Source: Chthoniobacteraceae bacterium
GTDB taxonomy: Bacteria; Verrucomicrobiota; Verrucomicrobiia; Chthoniobacterales; Chthoniobacteraceae
Length of the DNA: 64,000 bases
Direction: 5' to 3'
Assembly: GCA_031409655.1 (NCBI GenBank)
Contig: JANNXQ010000029.1
Coordinates: 1 to 64,000, forward strand
Within the stretch, counting starts at the first letter, position 1. Each line of letters begins with the position of its first letter. Positions 8,603 to 20,102 of this stretch are shown piece after piece. The notes below the pieces were generated by a model. The model was not told the origin of the DNA. It searched no databases and saw only the letters and a list, made by a program, of their open reading frames with translations. The position numbers and the translations under genes are program-made.

Positions 8603-9514
8603 ATGGACCTGAGACACCTGCGCTATTTCCAAGCCGTCGCCGAGGAACTCAGCTATTCCAAAGCGGCGCGGCGCCTGCACATCGCGCAGCCGGCCCTGAG
8701 TCGGGCGGTGCAGGAAGTGGAGGCGGCGCTCGGGGCGCAGGTGCTGGAGCGCAATCGGCAGCGAGTGAGCCTGACGCCGGCGGGGCGCGTGCTGCTGCAT
8801 GAGGCGGAGATCATTTTCGAGCGTTGGGATGAGGCGCTGCGCCGGGTGCGCCGGACGGCGGCGGGCGAGGAGGGCGAATTGCGGATCGGCTACATCGGGC
8901 CGCCGACGCAGCCGTTTCTCGGGCGCTTGCTCGGCGAGTATCGGCGGCTGTTTCCGCGCGTATCCATGCATCTCGAGGAGCGCACGCCGGAGCGGGTGTG
9001 GGAGATGCTGGCGAAAGGGCGGCTGTCGGTGGCCTTCACGCGACCGGTGGCCACCGCGGAGGTGCATGGCCTGCGCACCGTGCTCCTGCGGCAGGAACGG
9101 CTCGGCGCGGTCTTGCCGCCGGGGCACCCGCTGGCCGGGCGCGCCTCGCTGCCCTGGCGGCAGCTCGCGGGTAAGCCTTTGGTCGTCCTCTCCCGGCGCG
9201 AAGGTGTGGGGCTGCACGATGCCTTTCTCACGGGCTGCCAGCGGGCAAAAATTTCGCCCCGCCTCGCTTACACGCCAAGCCTCATCGGCACGGTGCTCAG
9301 CTACGTGGAGGCGGGCGCGGGCATCGGCATCGTGCCGGAGTCGGTGGTCACGCCGGAACTGCCGTTGCGCTTCCTGCTGCTGAAGCCAGTGGTGGCGGTG
9401 CCGCTCGTCTTTGTCTGGCAGAAAAATGAGGACACGCCGGCAGTGCAGCGCTTCCGCGAACTCGTGATCGCGTGGCAGAAAAGCGGGCGACTTTGGAAGC
9501 GCGAGTCGGCTTGA
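8603..9514 (+). CDS. LysR-family transcriptional regulator
   Basis: MDLRHLRYFQAVAEELSYSKAARRLHIAQPALSR HTH, LTPAG, VEAGAGIGIVP. Confidence 0.95.
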   Translation: MDLRHLRYFQAVAEELSYSKAARRLHIAQPALSRAVQEVEAALGAQVLERNRQRVSLTPAGRVLLHEAEIIFERWDEALRRVRRTAAGEEGELRIGYIGPPTQPFLGRLLGEYRRLFPRVSMHLEERTPERVWEMLAKGRLSVAFTRPVATAEVHGLRTVLLRQERLGAVLPPGHPLAGRASLPWRQLAGKPLVVLSRREGVGLHDAFLTGCQRAKISPRLAYTPSLIGTVLSYVEAGAGIGIVPESVVTPELPLRFLLLKPVVAVPLVFVWQKNEDTPAVQRFRELVIAWQKSGRLWKRESA

Positions 9515-9552
9515 ACTCCGCCGGGAGGATGCGGTGGGAGTCGGGCGGTGGG

Positions 9553-9680
9553 GTTGGAAAACGCGGAGACGCAGAGCACGCAGAGCACGCAGAGCTTGGG
9601 ATGGAATCGGCAACATGCAAGGCGCTGCGTTCCCGACCCTCTGCGACCTTTGCGTCTCGGCGTCTCGGTGTTTTCCAAAC
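9553..9680. repeat. ACGCAGAG-family palindromic repeat between convergent genes
   Basis: ttggaaaacgcggagacgcagagcacgcagag ... ctctgcgacctttgcgtctcggcgtctcggtgttttccaa. Confidence 0.8.
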
Positions 9681-9712
9681 AGCACCTCCCATTTCATCGG
9701 CATCGTTCCGGA

Positions 9713-10537
9713 TCAGACGGCGGGCCCAAGCCAGCGCACGGCATTCGTGATGATCCGCAGCGGGACTTCCTGGTGGAAGACGGCGTACGTCTCGTGGCCG
9801 GGGCCAAAGTAGAAGACCTTTCCGCGACCGACCGTCCACGTCATCCCGCTGCGAAAGCGCTCCCCGGTTTCCCACCTTTCCTCGAAGATCACGGCGTCTG
9901 GCTCCGGTACGTGAAAGGGCTCGGAGTACATCTCAGTCTCATGCTGATGAAAATTCGGCGGCACCCCTTGGGCAATTGGATGCTCGGCGAGCAACGTCGT
10001 GGTGACGCTTGGGCCACCGGCATTCCGCCAGCTCGGAAAGCCGCAGATCGGCGAGGCGATCTCCAGCACGGGCTCTCTTCCTTCACGTGCGATGACTCGC
10101 CAGGATGGCGTGAGCGGATCACCCGGCTTCGGCGCGCGAAACGGCGGCGGGCGCTGGATCACGAGGCGCGCTCCGCCCGGCGCGTCCGCGATTGCGAGTT
10201 CGGCCGTCCGCCTCTCCATCACGCGGAGGAAAGGCCGCGACCAGTGCGCGGAGTGCAGCGCCAGAAGCGCGAGCTGACCGGCCACGACACGCGCCGCGAT
10301 CTCGACGGCGCGTTCCTCTTCCACATCCGAGTGCCGACGATGGCCCCACCAGATGAGCACATCGGTGGCGTCCAAGTTCGAAGGCGCGAGTCCCTGCTCG
10401 GGATCGTCGAGGCGCGCCTTGCGGACGGCGAGGTCCGGCTCTTTTGCCAAATGCGCGGCGATGGCGTGACCGAGGAAGTGTGGATAGGTGGGCTTTTGCT
10501 CCGGCTGCTCTTCGTCCCAGACGAGCACGCGGATCAT
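9713..10537 (-). CDS. ThuA-like (trehalose utilisation) domain protein
   Basis: [48 protein letters not shown]. Confidence 0.85.
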   Translation of the reverse strand: MIRVLVWDEEQPEQKPTYPHFLGHAIAAHLAKEPDLAVRKARLDDPEQGLAPSNLDATDVLIWWGHRRHSDVEEERAVEIAARVVAGQLALLALHSAHWSRPFLRVMERRTAELAIADAPGGARLVIQRPPPFRAPKPGDPLTPSWRVIAREGREPVLEIASPICGFPSWRNAGGPSVTTTLLAEHPIAQGVPPNFHQHETEMYSEPFHVPEPDAVIFEERWETGERFRSGMTWTVGRGKVFYFGPGHETYAVFHQEVPLRIITNAVRWLGPAV

Positions 10538-11526
10538 GCGCCGCGGACCCAGCCGGCAAGCTCCTTCGCGGCGTAGGTCAGGATGAGGTCCGCGCCGGCG
10601 CGCTTAAAGGAAGTCATCGTCTCGAGCAGCACGGCTTTTTCGTCGATCCAACCGGCGATCCCGGCGGCCTTCACCATCGCGTATTCGCCGCTCACGTGAT
10701 AGGCGGCGGTCGGCAGGGCGAAGCGTTCTTTCACCCGCCAGACGATGTCGAGATAGGCAAGCGCGGGCTTCACCATCACGATGTCCGCGCCTTCGGCGAC
10801 ATCGAGCGCGACCTCGCGCAGCGCCTCGCGGGCATTCGCGCCGTCCATCTGGTAGCTGCGCCGGTCGCCGGAGATTGGCGCGCTCTCGGCGGCATCCCGG
10901 AAGGGGCCGTAATACGCCGACGCGAACTTCGCCGCGTAGCTCATGATCACCGTGGGCCCGCAACCCGCGGCATCGAGTCCGGCACGGATCGCTCCGATGC
11001 GCCCGTCCATCATATCGCTCGGCGCCACGATATCGGCGCCAGCGCGAGCGTGCGACACCGCCGTGCGCACCAGCAGCTCGACCGAGGCATCATTTTCCAC
11101 CTGCACCGAGTCGCCGTGAAAATGCGCGATGCCGCAGTGCCCGTGACTCATGAATTCGCACAGGCAGACATCCGTGATGACGATGAGCCCCGGGCAGGCC
11201 GCTTTCAGCGCGCGCACGGCCCGCTGCACCACGCCATCCTCGGCGTAGGCTTGGGAGGCGCGATCGTCCTTCTGCGCCGGGATGCCAAAGAGGATGACAC
11301 TCGCGACGCCCGCGGCCTGCGCGGCCTGGGCCTCCTCGACGAGCGCGGCTTCGGAGAGCTGGGAGACGCCGGGCATCGTCGCGACCGGCGTGCGGTCCGC
11401 TACTTTCTCGCTCACGAAGAGCGGGAGGATGAAATCATTCGGCGCCAGCTCAGTCTCGCGGACCAGGGAGCGGAGAGCAGGCGAGGCGCGGAGGCGGCGG
11501 GGGCGGATCGGAAGGTCGGGAGTCAT
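10534..11526 (-). CDS. hemB: Porphobilinogen synthase
   Basis: [47 protein letters not shown]; start at ATG 11526. Confidence 0.96.
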   Translation of the reverse strand: MTPDLPIRPRRLRASPALRSLVRETELAPNDFILPLFVSEKVADRTPVATMPGVSQLSEAALVEEAQAAQAAGVASVILFGIPAQKDDRASQAYAEDGVVQRAVRALKAACPGLIVITDVCLCEFMSHGHCGIAHFHGDSVQVENDASVELLVRTAVSHARAGADIVAPSDMMDGRIGAIRAGLDAAGCGPTVIMSYAAKFASAYYGPFRDAAESAPISGDRRSYQMDGANAREALREVALDVAEGADIVMVKPALAYLDIVWRVKERFALPTAAYHVSGEYAMVKAAGIAGWIDEKAVLLETMTSFKRAGADLILTYAAKELAGWVRGA

Positions 11527-11725
11527 CGTAGTGCGGAGGAGTGTAGGGAGAAGCATTGCCTGAGCGAGGACCAGAATTCCTGGATTTTTCCAGAGCCACA
11601 ACTTGACAGTTCCGCGGCATTCTCTAGTAAAACCCATCCTCGGCAAAATCTCTTTCCCAACCACGTTTCCGATGGAGCAGAAGGCTTTGCGCGATCCGAA
11701 TCGTCCTAGCGAAATCCTATCACCC

Positions 11726-12568
11726 ATGAATGCAACTGCATCCTCCTTCTGGTCGGCGCTTCCCGCGGCTGCGCTTCTGCTGGCGTCCAGCGGGTCCACG
11801 TTCGCCACTTTGATCACCCGCAGCATCGGCGGCGACACCACTGCGGCATCGATTCAGGCGACGGTCGATGTTTTCCGCGCAGACATCGGTAATCCGAACA
11901 ACGGCAACGCCGCCGGACCGCTCCTTGGCGGACGCCGGGAGATCAACTGGGATGGGGGCGGCTCAGCCACCACGACCTCAGGCTCTCCATTCTTCGCCTT
12001 CCAAAATATCCGCGGCGCCGCATTCTCCACTCCCGGGGTCGGCAACAGCTTCCTGCAAGCCCCCGCCGCTGGCTTGGCTCTGCAATTTGCCCAACCGGTG
12101 TACGCCACCGAGTTCGCCCCTTTTAGCGCCCAGCGGCTCTTTACCCCGATCGGCAGCAACATCACCGACGTGACGTTCTTCGTCCCCGGTTCCAATGGCT
12201 CCGTCGGTGCGACCGTCGGCGGCTTCGGCGCGGTCTTCTCGGATGTCGATCTCCCTGGCTTCTCCCGGTTGCAGTTCTTCGACCTGGCCGGCTCGGAAAT
12301 TTTCAACCAGACGGTCTCCCCCAGTTCCGTGCGCACGGCTGGCTTCTCCTTACTCGGCGCGTCGGGCGATGCTGGGGAGAAAATCTTCCGCGTGCGGATC
12401 ACCAGCGGCAATGTCGGCCCCGGCGGCCTCGATAGTCCGACCGCAGACCCGGTGGTCGTGGACGACTTCTTCTTCCGTGAACCGACGCCGATCCCTGAGC
12501 CCGCGACGGTCCTCTTCAGTCTCGGTCTCCTTGGCGTGTGCCTCGGGGGCCGTCGGCACCGCGCTTAG
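11726..12568 (+). CDS. PEP-CTERM surface protein
   Basis: Signal peptide, RREINWDG motif, C-terminal IPEPAT plus TM helix plus RRHR. Confidence 0.85.
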   Translation: MNATASSFWSALPAAALLLASSGSTFATLITRSIGGDTTAASIQATVDVFRADIGNPNNGNAAGPLLGGRREINWDGGGSATTTSGSPFFAFQNIRGAAFSTPGVGNSFLQAPAAGLALQFAQPVYATEFAPFSAQRLFTPIGSNITDVTFFVPGSNGSVGATVGGFGAVFSDVDLPGFSRLQFFDLAGSEIFNQTVSPSSVRTAGFSLLGASGDAGEKIFRVRITSGNVGPGGLDSPTADPVVVDDFFFREPTPIPEPATVLFSLGLLGVCLGGRRHRA

Positions 12569-12695
12569 TAGGGGAGTAAAAGTTCGCCCGGCTGGATCAA
12601 GGGGCTGGGTCGCAAACCAGGGCTAACTGGCGGTGTGGAAGACATCGCGCACGCGGCCAATCTGCGCTTTATTCCGCGGTCAACTCGTCGCCCCG

Positions 12696-14999
12696 ATGCA
12701 CCGCTGTCTTCTCCCCCTCTTCACCATACTGGCATGGATCTTCGTCCACCTGCCCGCGCAGGCTGGCAATTCCGGCAGTGCCGTCGATCCCGGATTTGGT
12801 CACGAAGATTTCGCCTCGCTGCCCGGCACGCCCACGAGTCTGGCTTGGGCGCCCGACGGCTCCCATCGGCTCTTCGTCACTCTGCAAGAGGGCTCGGTGC
12901 GGATCGTGAAAAACGGCACGCTACTGCCGCTGCCCTTTGCCTCGATCGCCGCCTACACCCAGAGCGAATGCGGCGTCCTCGGCGTCTGCTTCGATCCGGA
13001 CTACGCGACGAATCGCTACGTCTATGTCTTCGTCACGGTCTCGCGGAGCGAGCAGCGCATCATCCGCTACACCGACGTGAACGACCGCGGCACTGCCCGC
13101 ACGAACCTCATCCGGCGGCTGCCGACTCTCGGTGAAAATCACGACGGTGGCGCGCTCGGCTTCGGCGGCGATGGCCGACTCTACTGGGCGGTCGGCGACC
13201 TCGGCGACAAGCGCGGCGTGGACGGCGACCTGAAGTCGCTCGCGGCGAAGGTCGGGCGCGCACACTTCGACGGCTCCGTGCCGGCGGATAATCCCTTCAA
13301 CGACGGCACCGGACCGAACAATGACTATATCTGGGCGACTGGTTTCCGGAATCCTTTCACGCTGATGGTGCAACCGCGCACCGGGAAACTTTTTCTCAAC
13401 GTCGTCGGGAGTAATGCAGCGGGGCAGACGGCACCGAACAGTGGCCCCGGCTACGAACAGATCTTTGCGCTGAATGCGGGTGAAGACGGTGGCTACGATG
13501 ACTACGAAGGCAACCAGCCGAATACGCCACGTTACCTCACGCCGTTCGCGCGCCCGTTTGCGCATCCAGTGATCCAATATCTGACGGAGACGAGTTCCGA
13601 TCCAACACGCGATCGGAATGTCGCGTCGCGCTCGGTCGCGCCGAGTGGCGTCATCACCATCGACACGACCACGGCTCACCCGTATCGCGTCGGTGAAGGC
13701 ATTCTGCTCTCCGGCAGCGGGGGCTACGGCGGGAGATACGCGGTGGTTTCGGTGCCCTCGTCCACATCATTGACAGTCTTCAATTACTTTGGCCCGGCCA
13801 TCACCGGCCCGGATCCGGACGTGGCGACCGGCGGCACCATCGAACCGCTCGCGCAAGGCTCATCGCTCTGTGGCGGCGCCTTCTACGAAAGCAGCGCCTT
13901 TCCGGACAAATATCGCGGCAGCTTTTTTTATTGCGACTTCATGAGCGACGGCATCTTCCGCGCGATCTTCGACGACGACAACCGCGCCATCGCGGTGCTG
14001 CCATTCTTCGCGCTCGCAGGTGCACCGGTGGACGTCGCCGTCGGACCGGATGGCGCGCTGTATTATGCGAGCATCGCCCAGAGCATCATCCGCCGCATCC
14101 GCTGGATTGGCGCAGACCCGGGAATCGTCGTCACACCGGCGGTGGTCACGATGCTCGAGGGAAATTCCGCGAGCTGCGCCGTGCGTCTCGGCAGCGGGCC
14201 GTCGGGAAATGTCACCGTGCGAATCAACCGCACCTCCGGCGACACCAGCCTCGCGGTGAGCGGCACCTCGAGCGTCACTTTCACGCCAACGAATTGGGAA
14301 GTACCGCAAGTGGTCACATTCGCCGCAACGCCCGACGCAGACTTCATCGACGACACGGCTGATTTTTTCGCCGCGGCGCTCGGCTACAGCGACGTGCCGA
14401 TCACGGTGAAGGCGACGGACAACGGCGCGAACAGCGCCGTCGTCTCCGCGAGCTCGCTCACCATTCCCGAGTCAACGTCTGCGACCTTCACGGTCTCGCT
14501 TCCGTCTGCTCCGGTGCGGCCGGTCACCTTCGCCATCCGCCGCACCGCCGGCCCGGCGAATGCGGTGCTCAGCCCCGCCGCCGTCACCTTCAAGTCCACC
14601 AACTGGAGCGTGCCGCGAACGATCCGGATCACGGCCAAAGCGGACCGCAATGCGCTCGACGAAAATCTGACCTACACCCTCAGCGCCAAGGGCTACTTCC
14701 CACGTCGCGTGGCGGTCAAACTTTTCGACGACGAAGCCTCCGCTCCGATCTTCACGAGCACCCCGCCGACGGCGGCGACACTTGGCGCCACATTTTCATA
14801 CACCGCTGTCGCTCGCGCAGTGCCGGCGCCGACTTATTCGCTGGAGGAATATCCGGCGGGAATGACGATCGATCCGGCCACCGGCGTGATCACGTGGCTG
14901 CCCGGTGGCGGCGGCATCTTCTCGATCAAGGTCCGCGCCGAGAATGGCCGCGACCCGCTAGCCGTTCAGACTTTTCTGCTCGGGGTCGCGGTACCGTAG
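12696..14999 (+). CDS. Secreted glucose/sorbosone dehydrogenase-like beta-propeller with Ig-like repeats
   Basis: Signal peptide, NHDGGALGFG.DGRLY, G.RNPF, VGPDGALY; FTPTNW.VPQ repeats; PAGMTIDPATGVITW Ig domain. Confidence 0.85.
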   Translation: MHRCLLPLFTILAWIFVHLPAQAGNSGSAVDPGFGHEDFASLPGTPTSLAWAPDGSHRLFVTLQEGSVRIVKNGTLLPLPFASIAAYTQSECGVLGVCFDPDYATNRYVYVFVTVSRSEQRIIRYTDVNDRGTARTNLIRRLPTLGENHDGGALGFGGDGRLYWAVGDLGDKRGVDGDLKSLAAKVGRAHFDGSVPADNPFNDGTGPNNDYIWATGFRNPFTLMVQPRTGKLFLNVVGSNAAGQTAPNSGPGYEQIFALNAGEDGGYDDYEGNQPNTPRYLTPFARPFAHPVIQYLTETSSDPTRDRNVASRSVAPSGVITIDTTTAHPYRVGEGILLSGSGGYGGRYAVVSVPSSTSLTVFNYFGPAITGPDPDVATGGTIEPLAQGSSLCGGAFYESSAFPDKYRGSFFYCDFMSDGIFRAIFDDDNRAIAVLPFFALAGAPVDVAVGPDGALYYASIAQSIIRRIRWIGADPGIVVTPAVVTMLEGNSASCAVRLGSGPSGNVTVRINRTSGDTSLAVSGTSSVTFTPTNWEVPQVVTFAATPDADFIDDTADFFAAALGYSDVPITVKATDNGANSAVVSASSLTIPESTSATFTVSLPSAPVRPVTFAIRRTAGPANAVLSPAAVTFKSTNWSVPRTIRITAKADRNALDENLTYTLSAKGYFPRRVAVKLFDDEASAPIFTSTPPTAATLGATFSYTAVARAVPAPTYSLEEYPAGMTIDPATGVITWLPGGGGIFSIKVRAENGRDPLAVQTFLLGVAVP

Positions 15000-15063
15000 T
15001 CCCGGTCGGACGGCGTGGCGAAAAGGGACGCGCCCGAGGAGTTCGCACAAAGCTCCTCCAATT

Positions 15064-15999
15064 CTACGGCACCGCCACGCGCAGGAAGAGCGGCGGGCCG
15101 GGCGCGACGATCGTGGTGCTCGTGGTGACATTGCCCGCGGAGGGCACGGTCTGGATGTGGGTGTAGGGTCCGCCGGGCGCGGGGGCGCTGAGGATGCGAT
15201 AGGTGAGCCCGGCCACGCTCTGCCACGTGAGCCCGTAGGTGGTCGCGCCGGGCTTCTGCACGGCGGTGATGCGCAGCGTGGAGTTCGGCGAGAGCGGGTT
15301 GGTGTGGGCGATGAATTCGCGCAGGTTGTCAAGGCCGTCGCCGTCGGTGTCGAGGGTCGCGTCGGCGACGTTCCGATTCAGCCCGTAGAAGAGCTCCCAG
15401 CCATCCGGGATGCCGTCGCCATCAGTATCGATGCCGCCGAGATACTGCGGCGTGCGCGTGCCGGAAGTACCGGTGCCGCTGATGAGGCTCCAATCGGCAA
15501 AGACCTCCGTGAGCGCATCGCCGGCCGGTCCGACGACGATGTAGCTCCACTCGAAGGCTCGCACGACCAAGGTGATCCGCTCCTGGATGGTGTTCGCGCC
15601 ATCCGCGGCGGTGAAGTTTTGCCGGATGAAAAAACACGTCGAGGCCTGGATGTCCCACAACTCGATTCGCTGCGGGGTGCGCAGCGCGACGACCATCTTC
15701 ACGGTCGCGATCGGGGTGGTCGCCGTCAGCGCGTCGAAAAACTTGGTGGTCGCCCGGTCCACGCCCTTCACGAGCGTGAACTCGCGAAACGCAGTGCGCT
15801 CGCTGCCCGCGGGCAGGACGATTTCACGCAACGCGCCGCTCTCAAAAGCCGAAACCGCGACCCAGCCGCTGTAGAGCGGTTCGGCCACACTGCCGGTGAG
15901 CGGCGAGGCGCTCTGCGGCGTCACTTCCAGGAAGACATCGAAAAGCGCCCACCCCCGCAGCGGGAGCAGCACCAGGCTGAGGAGGAGCGCGGCGCGCAT
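15064..15999 (-). CDS. Signal-peptide Hcp-fold protein fused to DTDGDG Ca-binding repeats and a C-terminal beta domain
   Basis: GWVAVSAFESG, FTLVKGVDRAT, QERITL, DWSL are Hcp-like; DTDGDGIPDGWE...DTDGDGLDNLREF..TNP follow. Confidence 0.7.
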   Translation of the reverse strand: MRAALLLSLVLLPLRGWALFDVFLEVTPQSASPLTGSVAEPLYSGWVAVSAFESGALREIVLPAGSERTAFREFTLVKGVDRATTKFFDALTATTPIATVKMVVALRTPQRIELWDIQASTCFFIRQNFTAADGANTIQERITLVVRAFEWSYIVVGPAGDALTEVFADWSLISGTGTSGTRTPQYLGGIDTDGDGIPDGWELFYGLNRNVADATLDTDGDGLDNLREFIAHTNPLSPNSTLRITAVQKPGATTYGLTWQSVAGLTYRILSAPAPGGPYTHIQTVPSAGNVTTSTTIVAPGPPLFLRVAVP

Positions 16000-16011
16000 G
16001 GCGGGCAGCGG

Positions 16012-16617
16012 CTACGGGGTGAAGGTGGCCGTGTTGGTGGCCGTGCTCCACGACCGCACCACCGAAGTGCCTTGGGTGCCATTGGGCAGGAGCGTCCAGT
16101 GGGTGTAGCGGAAGGCCACGTTCCTGAGCGTTACCTTTTCCTCCACGGAGTCGTCCCCGAGGGCAGCCGAGGACTTTTGCTCGACAAAGTAGGCGCGCCG
16201 CAGCTCGACGCGGAAGTAGGTGACGGGCCCCGCCACGCCCTGGGTGACAAATTCGAGGGTCACGTCCGCCACGCCCACGCCGCCATCGATGGGAGTGCCG
16301 GCCGCCAGCGTCCCGAAAATCTGCGGCGTGAGGCGATCGACATTCTTAGTTAGCACGACGCTGTCGAAAGTCGGCGGACTGACGGTGGTGCCGCCGCCGC
16401 CGGAGAAACTCACGACGACCGAAGTGCCGAAGCTGACGCTTTTCAGATTGGTCCAGCCGGTGCGTCCGGCATCGAGGGATGGTCCGGCCCAGACGCCGGT
16501 GCCATTGGCGAAGCGGGCGTAGATGGTGACCTGCGCGTGGGCGAGCGACGCGCCGAGGGTGAGGAGGAGCACCACGGCCAAGGCCGCGGCGCGGGGGAGT
16601 AGGCGAGGAGTTTTCAT
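16012..16617 (-). CDS. Signal-peptide Hcp-fold (T6SS tube-like) protein
   Basis: Sec signal ending [44 protein letters not shown]...N match the Hcp pattern. Confidence 0.78.
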   Translation of the reverse strand: MKTPRLLPRAAALAVVLLLTLGASLAHAQVTIYARFANGTGVWAGPSLDAGRTGWTNLKSVSFGTSVVVSFSGGGGTTVSPPTFDSVVLTKNVDRLTPQIFGTLAAGTPIDGGVGVADVTLEFVTQGVAGPVTYFRVELRRAYFVEQKSSAALGDDSVEEKVTLRNVAFRYTHWTLLPNGTQGTSVVRSWSTATNTATFTP

Positions 16618-16751
16618 GGAGTGATGCGGTTTTTTGCAAACGTGAGTTTGGGCAGTGGGGAGTCAAGGTACGTTTTCCGATCCCATCCCTCGCCACCGCA
16701 CCGTTGCGCCCCAGAAAATCGGCTGCTACAACCGCCGCAACTTTCCCAAAA

Positions 16752-19700
16752 ATGCCCCGCGACGCCTCCATCCACAAGATCCTCCTCATCGGCTCCGGCC
16801 CTATCGTCATCGGGCAGGGGTGCGAGTTTGACTACTCCGGCGTGCAGGCTTGCAAGGCGCTCAAGGAAGAGGGCTACACCGTCATCCTCGTGAACTCGAA
16901 TCCGGCGACGATCATGACCGACCCGGAGTTCGCGCACCGCACCTACATCGAGCCGATCACGCCCGAGGTGGTGGAGAAGATCATCATTGCCGAGAAGCCC
17001 GACGCGCTCCTGCCTACGCTCGGCGGACAGACGGCGCTGAATTGCGCGATGAAGCTTTTCGAGAGCGGCGTCCTCGAGCGGCATGGCGTGAAGATGATCG
17101 GCGCCAATGCGGCGGCGATCCACAAGGGCGAGGACCGGCTGGCCTTTAAGGAGGCGATGATCAAGATCGGTCTCGACATGCCGCTCTCCGGCGTCGCGCA
17201 CACCATCGAGGAAGCGCGCGTCATTGCTCAGGAGACCATCGGACGCTTCCCGCTCATCATCCGGCCCGCCTTCACGCTCGGCGGCACGGGCGGCGGCATC
17301 GCTTACAATCGCGAAGAGTTCGAGACGATCGTCGCGCGCGGGCTCGATCTCTCGCCGGTCAGCGAAGTGCTCGTCGAAGAGTCGCTGCTCGGCTGGAAGG
17401 AGTTCGAGATGGAGGTGATGCGCGACCGCGCGGACAATTGCGTGATCGTCTGCTCGATCGAAAACGTGGACCCGATGGGCGTCCACACCGGCGACTCGAT
17501 CACTGTCGCGCCGATCCAGACGCTCACCGATCGCGAGTTTCAGATGATGCGCGACGCGAGCTTTGCGATCATCCGCGAGATCGGCGTGGAGACGGGCGGG
17601 TCGAATATCCAGTTCGCCGTGAATCCGGACAACGGGCGGATGATCGTGATCGAGATGAACCCGCGCGTCTCGCGCAGTTCCGCGTTGGCATCGAAGGCCA
17701 CCGGTTTCCCCATCGCGAAGATCGCCGCGAAGCTGGCCGTCGGCTACACGCTCGACGAGGTACGCAACGACATCACCCGCGAGACCCCCGCGAGCTTCGA
17801 GCCGACGATCGACTACGTGGTGGTGAAATGCCCGCGCTTCACCTTCGAGAAATTCCCGCAAGCCGACCCGACGCTGACCACGCAGATGAAGAGCGTCGGC
17901 GAAGCGATGGCCATCGGGCGCACCTTCAAGGAGGCGCTGCAAAAGGCGCTGCGGAGTCTGGAGATAAAACGGTTTGGGTTGATCGGCGACGGCAAAGACG
18001 CCGTGGTCGAAGACGACACCCTGCGGACGAAGCTCACGGTACCGAACGCCGAGCGGATCTTCTTCCTCGGCCTCGCCTTCCAGCGCGGTTGGACGGTGGA
18101 GGAGATTTTTGAGATGACGAAGATTGACCGGTGGTTCCTGGAGAACATCCGGGAGATCGTGGCGCTGCAAACTTCGACAACGAAAGAAGACCTCGTGAAG
18201 GCAATCGTTGAAGGGATCGAAGTGACATGCGAAGCGCCGACCGATGCAGACATTCCGCAAGTCGTTGCGCGCAAACTCGCAAACGGAAGCGGCGAGTTCA
18301 CCCAACGCCGTGCGGTGCTGTGCCGGCTAAAGAAGCTCGGATTCTCCGACCGCCAACTCGGTGAGATGAGCGGCATGAGTTTTACCGACGTCCGCACTGC
18401 GCTGCACGGCTTCGACATTTTCCCCACCTACCGCCTCGTGGATACCTGCGCTGCCGAGTTCGAGGCGTACACGCCGTATTACTACTCCACCTACGGAGAC
18501 GAAAATGAGCGCCGCGAGAGCGGGAAGAAGAAAGTCATCATCCTCGGCGGCGGGCCGAACCGTATCGGGCAGGGCATCGAGTTCGACTACTGCTGCGTCC
18601 ACGCTTCCTTCGCGCTGCGGGAACTCGGGTTCGAGACCATCATGGTCAACTCGAACCCGGAGACCGTTTCGACCGACTACGACACCAGCGACAAACTCTA
18701 CTTCGAGCCGCTGACCCTCGAAGACGTGCTCAACATCTGCGAGCAGGAGAGCGAAAATCTCTTCGGCGTCATCGTGCAATTTGGCGGGCAGACGCCGCTG
18801 AATCTCGCCGCCGGCTTGCAAGCCGCGGGCGTCCCGATCATCGGCACCTCGCCGCACAGCATCGAGATCGCCGAGGATCGCAAACTCTTCGGCGCGATGC
18901 TCGACAAGCTCGGCATCCGCCAGACCAGCGGCGGGACGGCGGTGACCGAGGACGAAGCCGTCGCCGTGGCAGAGCGCGTCGGCTATCCGGTCCTCGTGCG
19001 GCCCAGTTTCGTGCTCGGCGGACGCGGGATGATGCTCGTCCACGACGAAGCCGACCTGCGCAAATACGTGCGCGATGCGATCGACACTGCGACCGGCCAG
19101 GCCACCCATCCGATTCTCGTCGATCACTTTCTGGAAGACGCCACCGAAGTCGATGTCGATTGTATCAGCGACGGCCAGGACGCGGTCATCGGCGCAATCA
19201 TGGAGCACATCGAGCAGGCCGGCATCCACAGCGGCGACAGCGCTTGCGTGATCCCGCCCTTTTCGCTCTCGGATAAAGTGAAAGCCGAGATCTCCGATGC
19301 CACGAAGAAGATGGCGCGAGAGCTGAAGGTGATTGGCCTGATGAATGTGCAATTCGCCGTGCAGAACGAGCAGGTCTATGTGCTCGAAGTGAACCCGCGC
19401 GCGTCCCGTACCGCGCCCTTCGTTTCCAAAGCCATCGGTGTCGCGCTCCCGAAACTCGCCGCGAAAATCATGGCTGGGAAGACGCTCGCCGAACTTGGCT
19501 TCACCGAGGAGATCTTGCCGAAGCATTACTCCGTGAAGGAAGCGGTCTTCCCTTTCACGAAATTCCCCGGCGTCGATATCGTGCTCGGACCGGAGATGAA
19601 GAGCACCGGCGAAGTTATGGGCATCGACGCCAGCTTCGGCATCGCCTACGCGAAGGCGCAGATGGCCGCGCAGCCCCCGCTCCCGCTCGTGGGGAACGTC

Positions 19701-20087
19701 TTCATCAGCGTCGCCGATGCGGACAAAACGAAGGTCGGCGAAATCGGCAAGGAGCTCACTGCGCTCGGCTTCAAACTCTACGCCACCAGCGGGACCGCCG
19801 CCGCACTGACGAAAGCGAATGTCCCCGTGGAAAAACTCTTCAAGCTCACCGAAGGCCGGCCCAACGCGCTCGACATGCTGAAGAACGGCGAACTCGCGAT
19901 GATCATCAACACCCCGAGCGGCAAGACCGCGCGGGAAGATGAAGCCCGCATCCGCAGCACCGCGAGTAGCAGCCGCGTACTCGTGATGACCACTCTCCGC
20001 GCCGCCCGCGCCGGGGTCGAAGGCATCCGCGCGCTCAAGGCCACTGGCTATACCGTGAAGCCACTCCAGGAGTGGCACACCAAGTAG
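16752..20087 (+). CDS. carB: Carbamoyl-phosphate synthase large subunit
   Basis: [54 protein letters not shown]-terminal MGS domain. Confidence 0.98.
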   Translation: MPRDASIHKILLIGSGPIVIGQGCEFDYSGVQACKALKEEGYTVILVNSNPATIMTDPEFAHRTYIEPITPEVVEKIIIAEKPDALLPTLGGQTALNCAMKLFESGVLERHGVKMIGANAAAIHKGEDRLAFKEAMIKIGLDMPLSGVAHTIEEARVIAQETIGRFPLIIRPAFTLGGTGGGIAYNREEFETIVARGLDLSPVSEVLVEESLLGWKEFEMEVMRDRADNCVIVCSIENVDPMGVHTGDSITVAPIQTLTDREFQMMRDASFAIIREIGVETGGSNIQFAVNPDNGRMIVIEMNPRVSRSSALASKATGFPIAKIAAKLAVGYTLDEVRNDITRETPASFEPTIDYVVVKCPRFTFEKFPQADPTLTTQMKSVGEAMAIGRTFKEALQKALRSLEIKRFGLIGDGKDAVVEDDTLRTKLTVPNAERIFFLGLAFQRGWTVEEIFEMTKIDRWFLENIREIVALQTSTTKEDLVKAIVEGIEVTCEAPTDADIPQVVARKLANGSGEFTQRRAVLCRLKKLGFSDRQLGEMSGMSFTDVRTALHGFDIFPTYRLVDTCAAEFEAYTPYYYSTYGDENERRESGKKKVIILGGGPNRIGQGIEFDYCCVHASFALRELGFETIMVNSNPETVSTDYDTSDKLYFEPLTLEDVLNICEQESENLFGVIVQFGGQTPLNLAAGLQAAGVPIIGTSPHSIEIAEDRKLFGAMLDKLGIRQTSGGTAVTEDEAVAVAERVGYPVLVRPSFVLGGRGMMLVHDEADLRKYVRDAIDTATGQATHPILVDHFLEDATEVDVDCISDGQDAVIGAIMEHIEQAGIHSGDSACVIPPFSLSDKVKAEISDATKKMARELKVIGLMNVQFAVQNEQVYVLEVNPRASRTAPFVSKAIGVALPKLAAKIMAGKTLAELGFTEEILPKHYSVKEAVFPFTKFPGVDIVLGPEMKSTGEVMGIDASFGIAYAKAQMAAQPPLPLVGNVFISVADADKTKVGEIGKELTALGFKLYATSGTAAALTKANVPVEKLFKLTEGRPNALDMLKNGELAMIINTPSGKTAREDEARIRSTASSSRVLVMTTLRAARAGVEGIRALKATGYTVKPLQEWHTK

Positions 20088-20102
20088 CGCCGCGACCGCC
20101 AC

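Noticed and set aside
15064..16617. Complete type VI secretion system or prophage tail locus
   Set aside because: No sheath, VgrG/PAAR, baseplate or phage genes in the window
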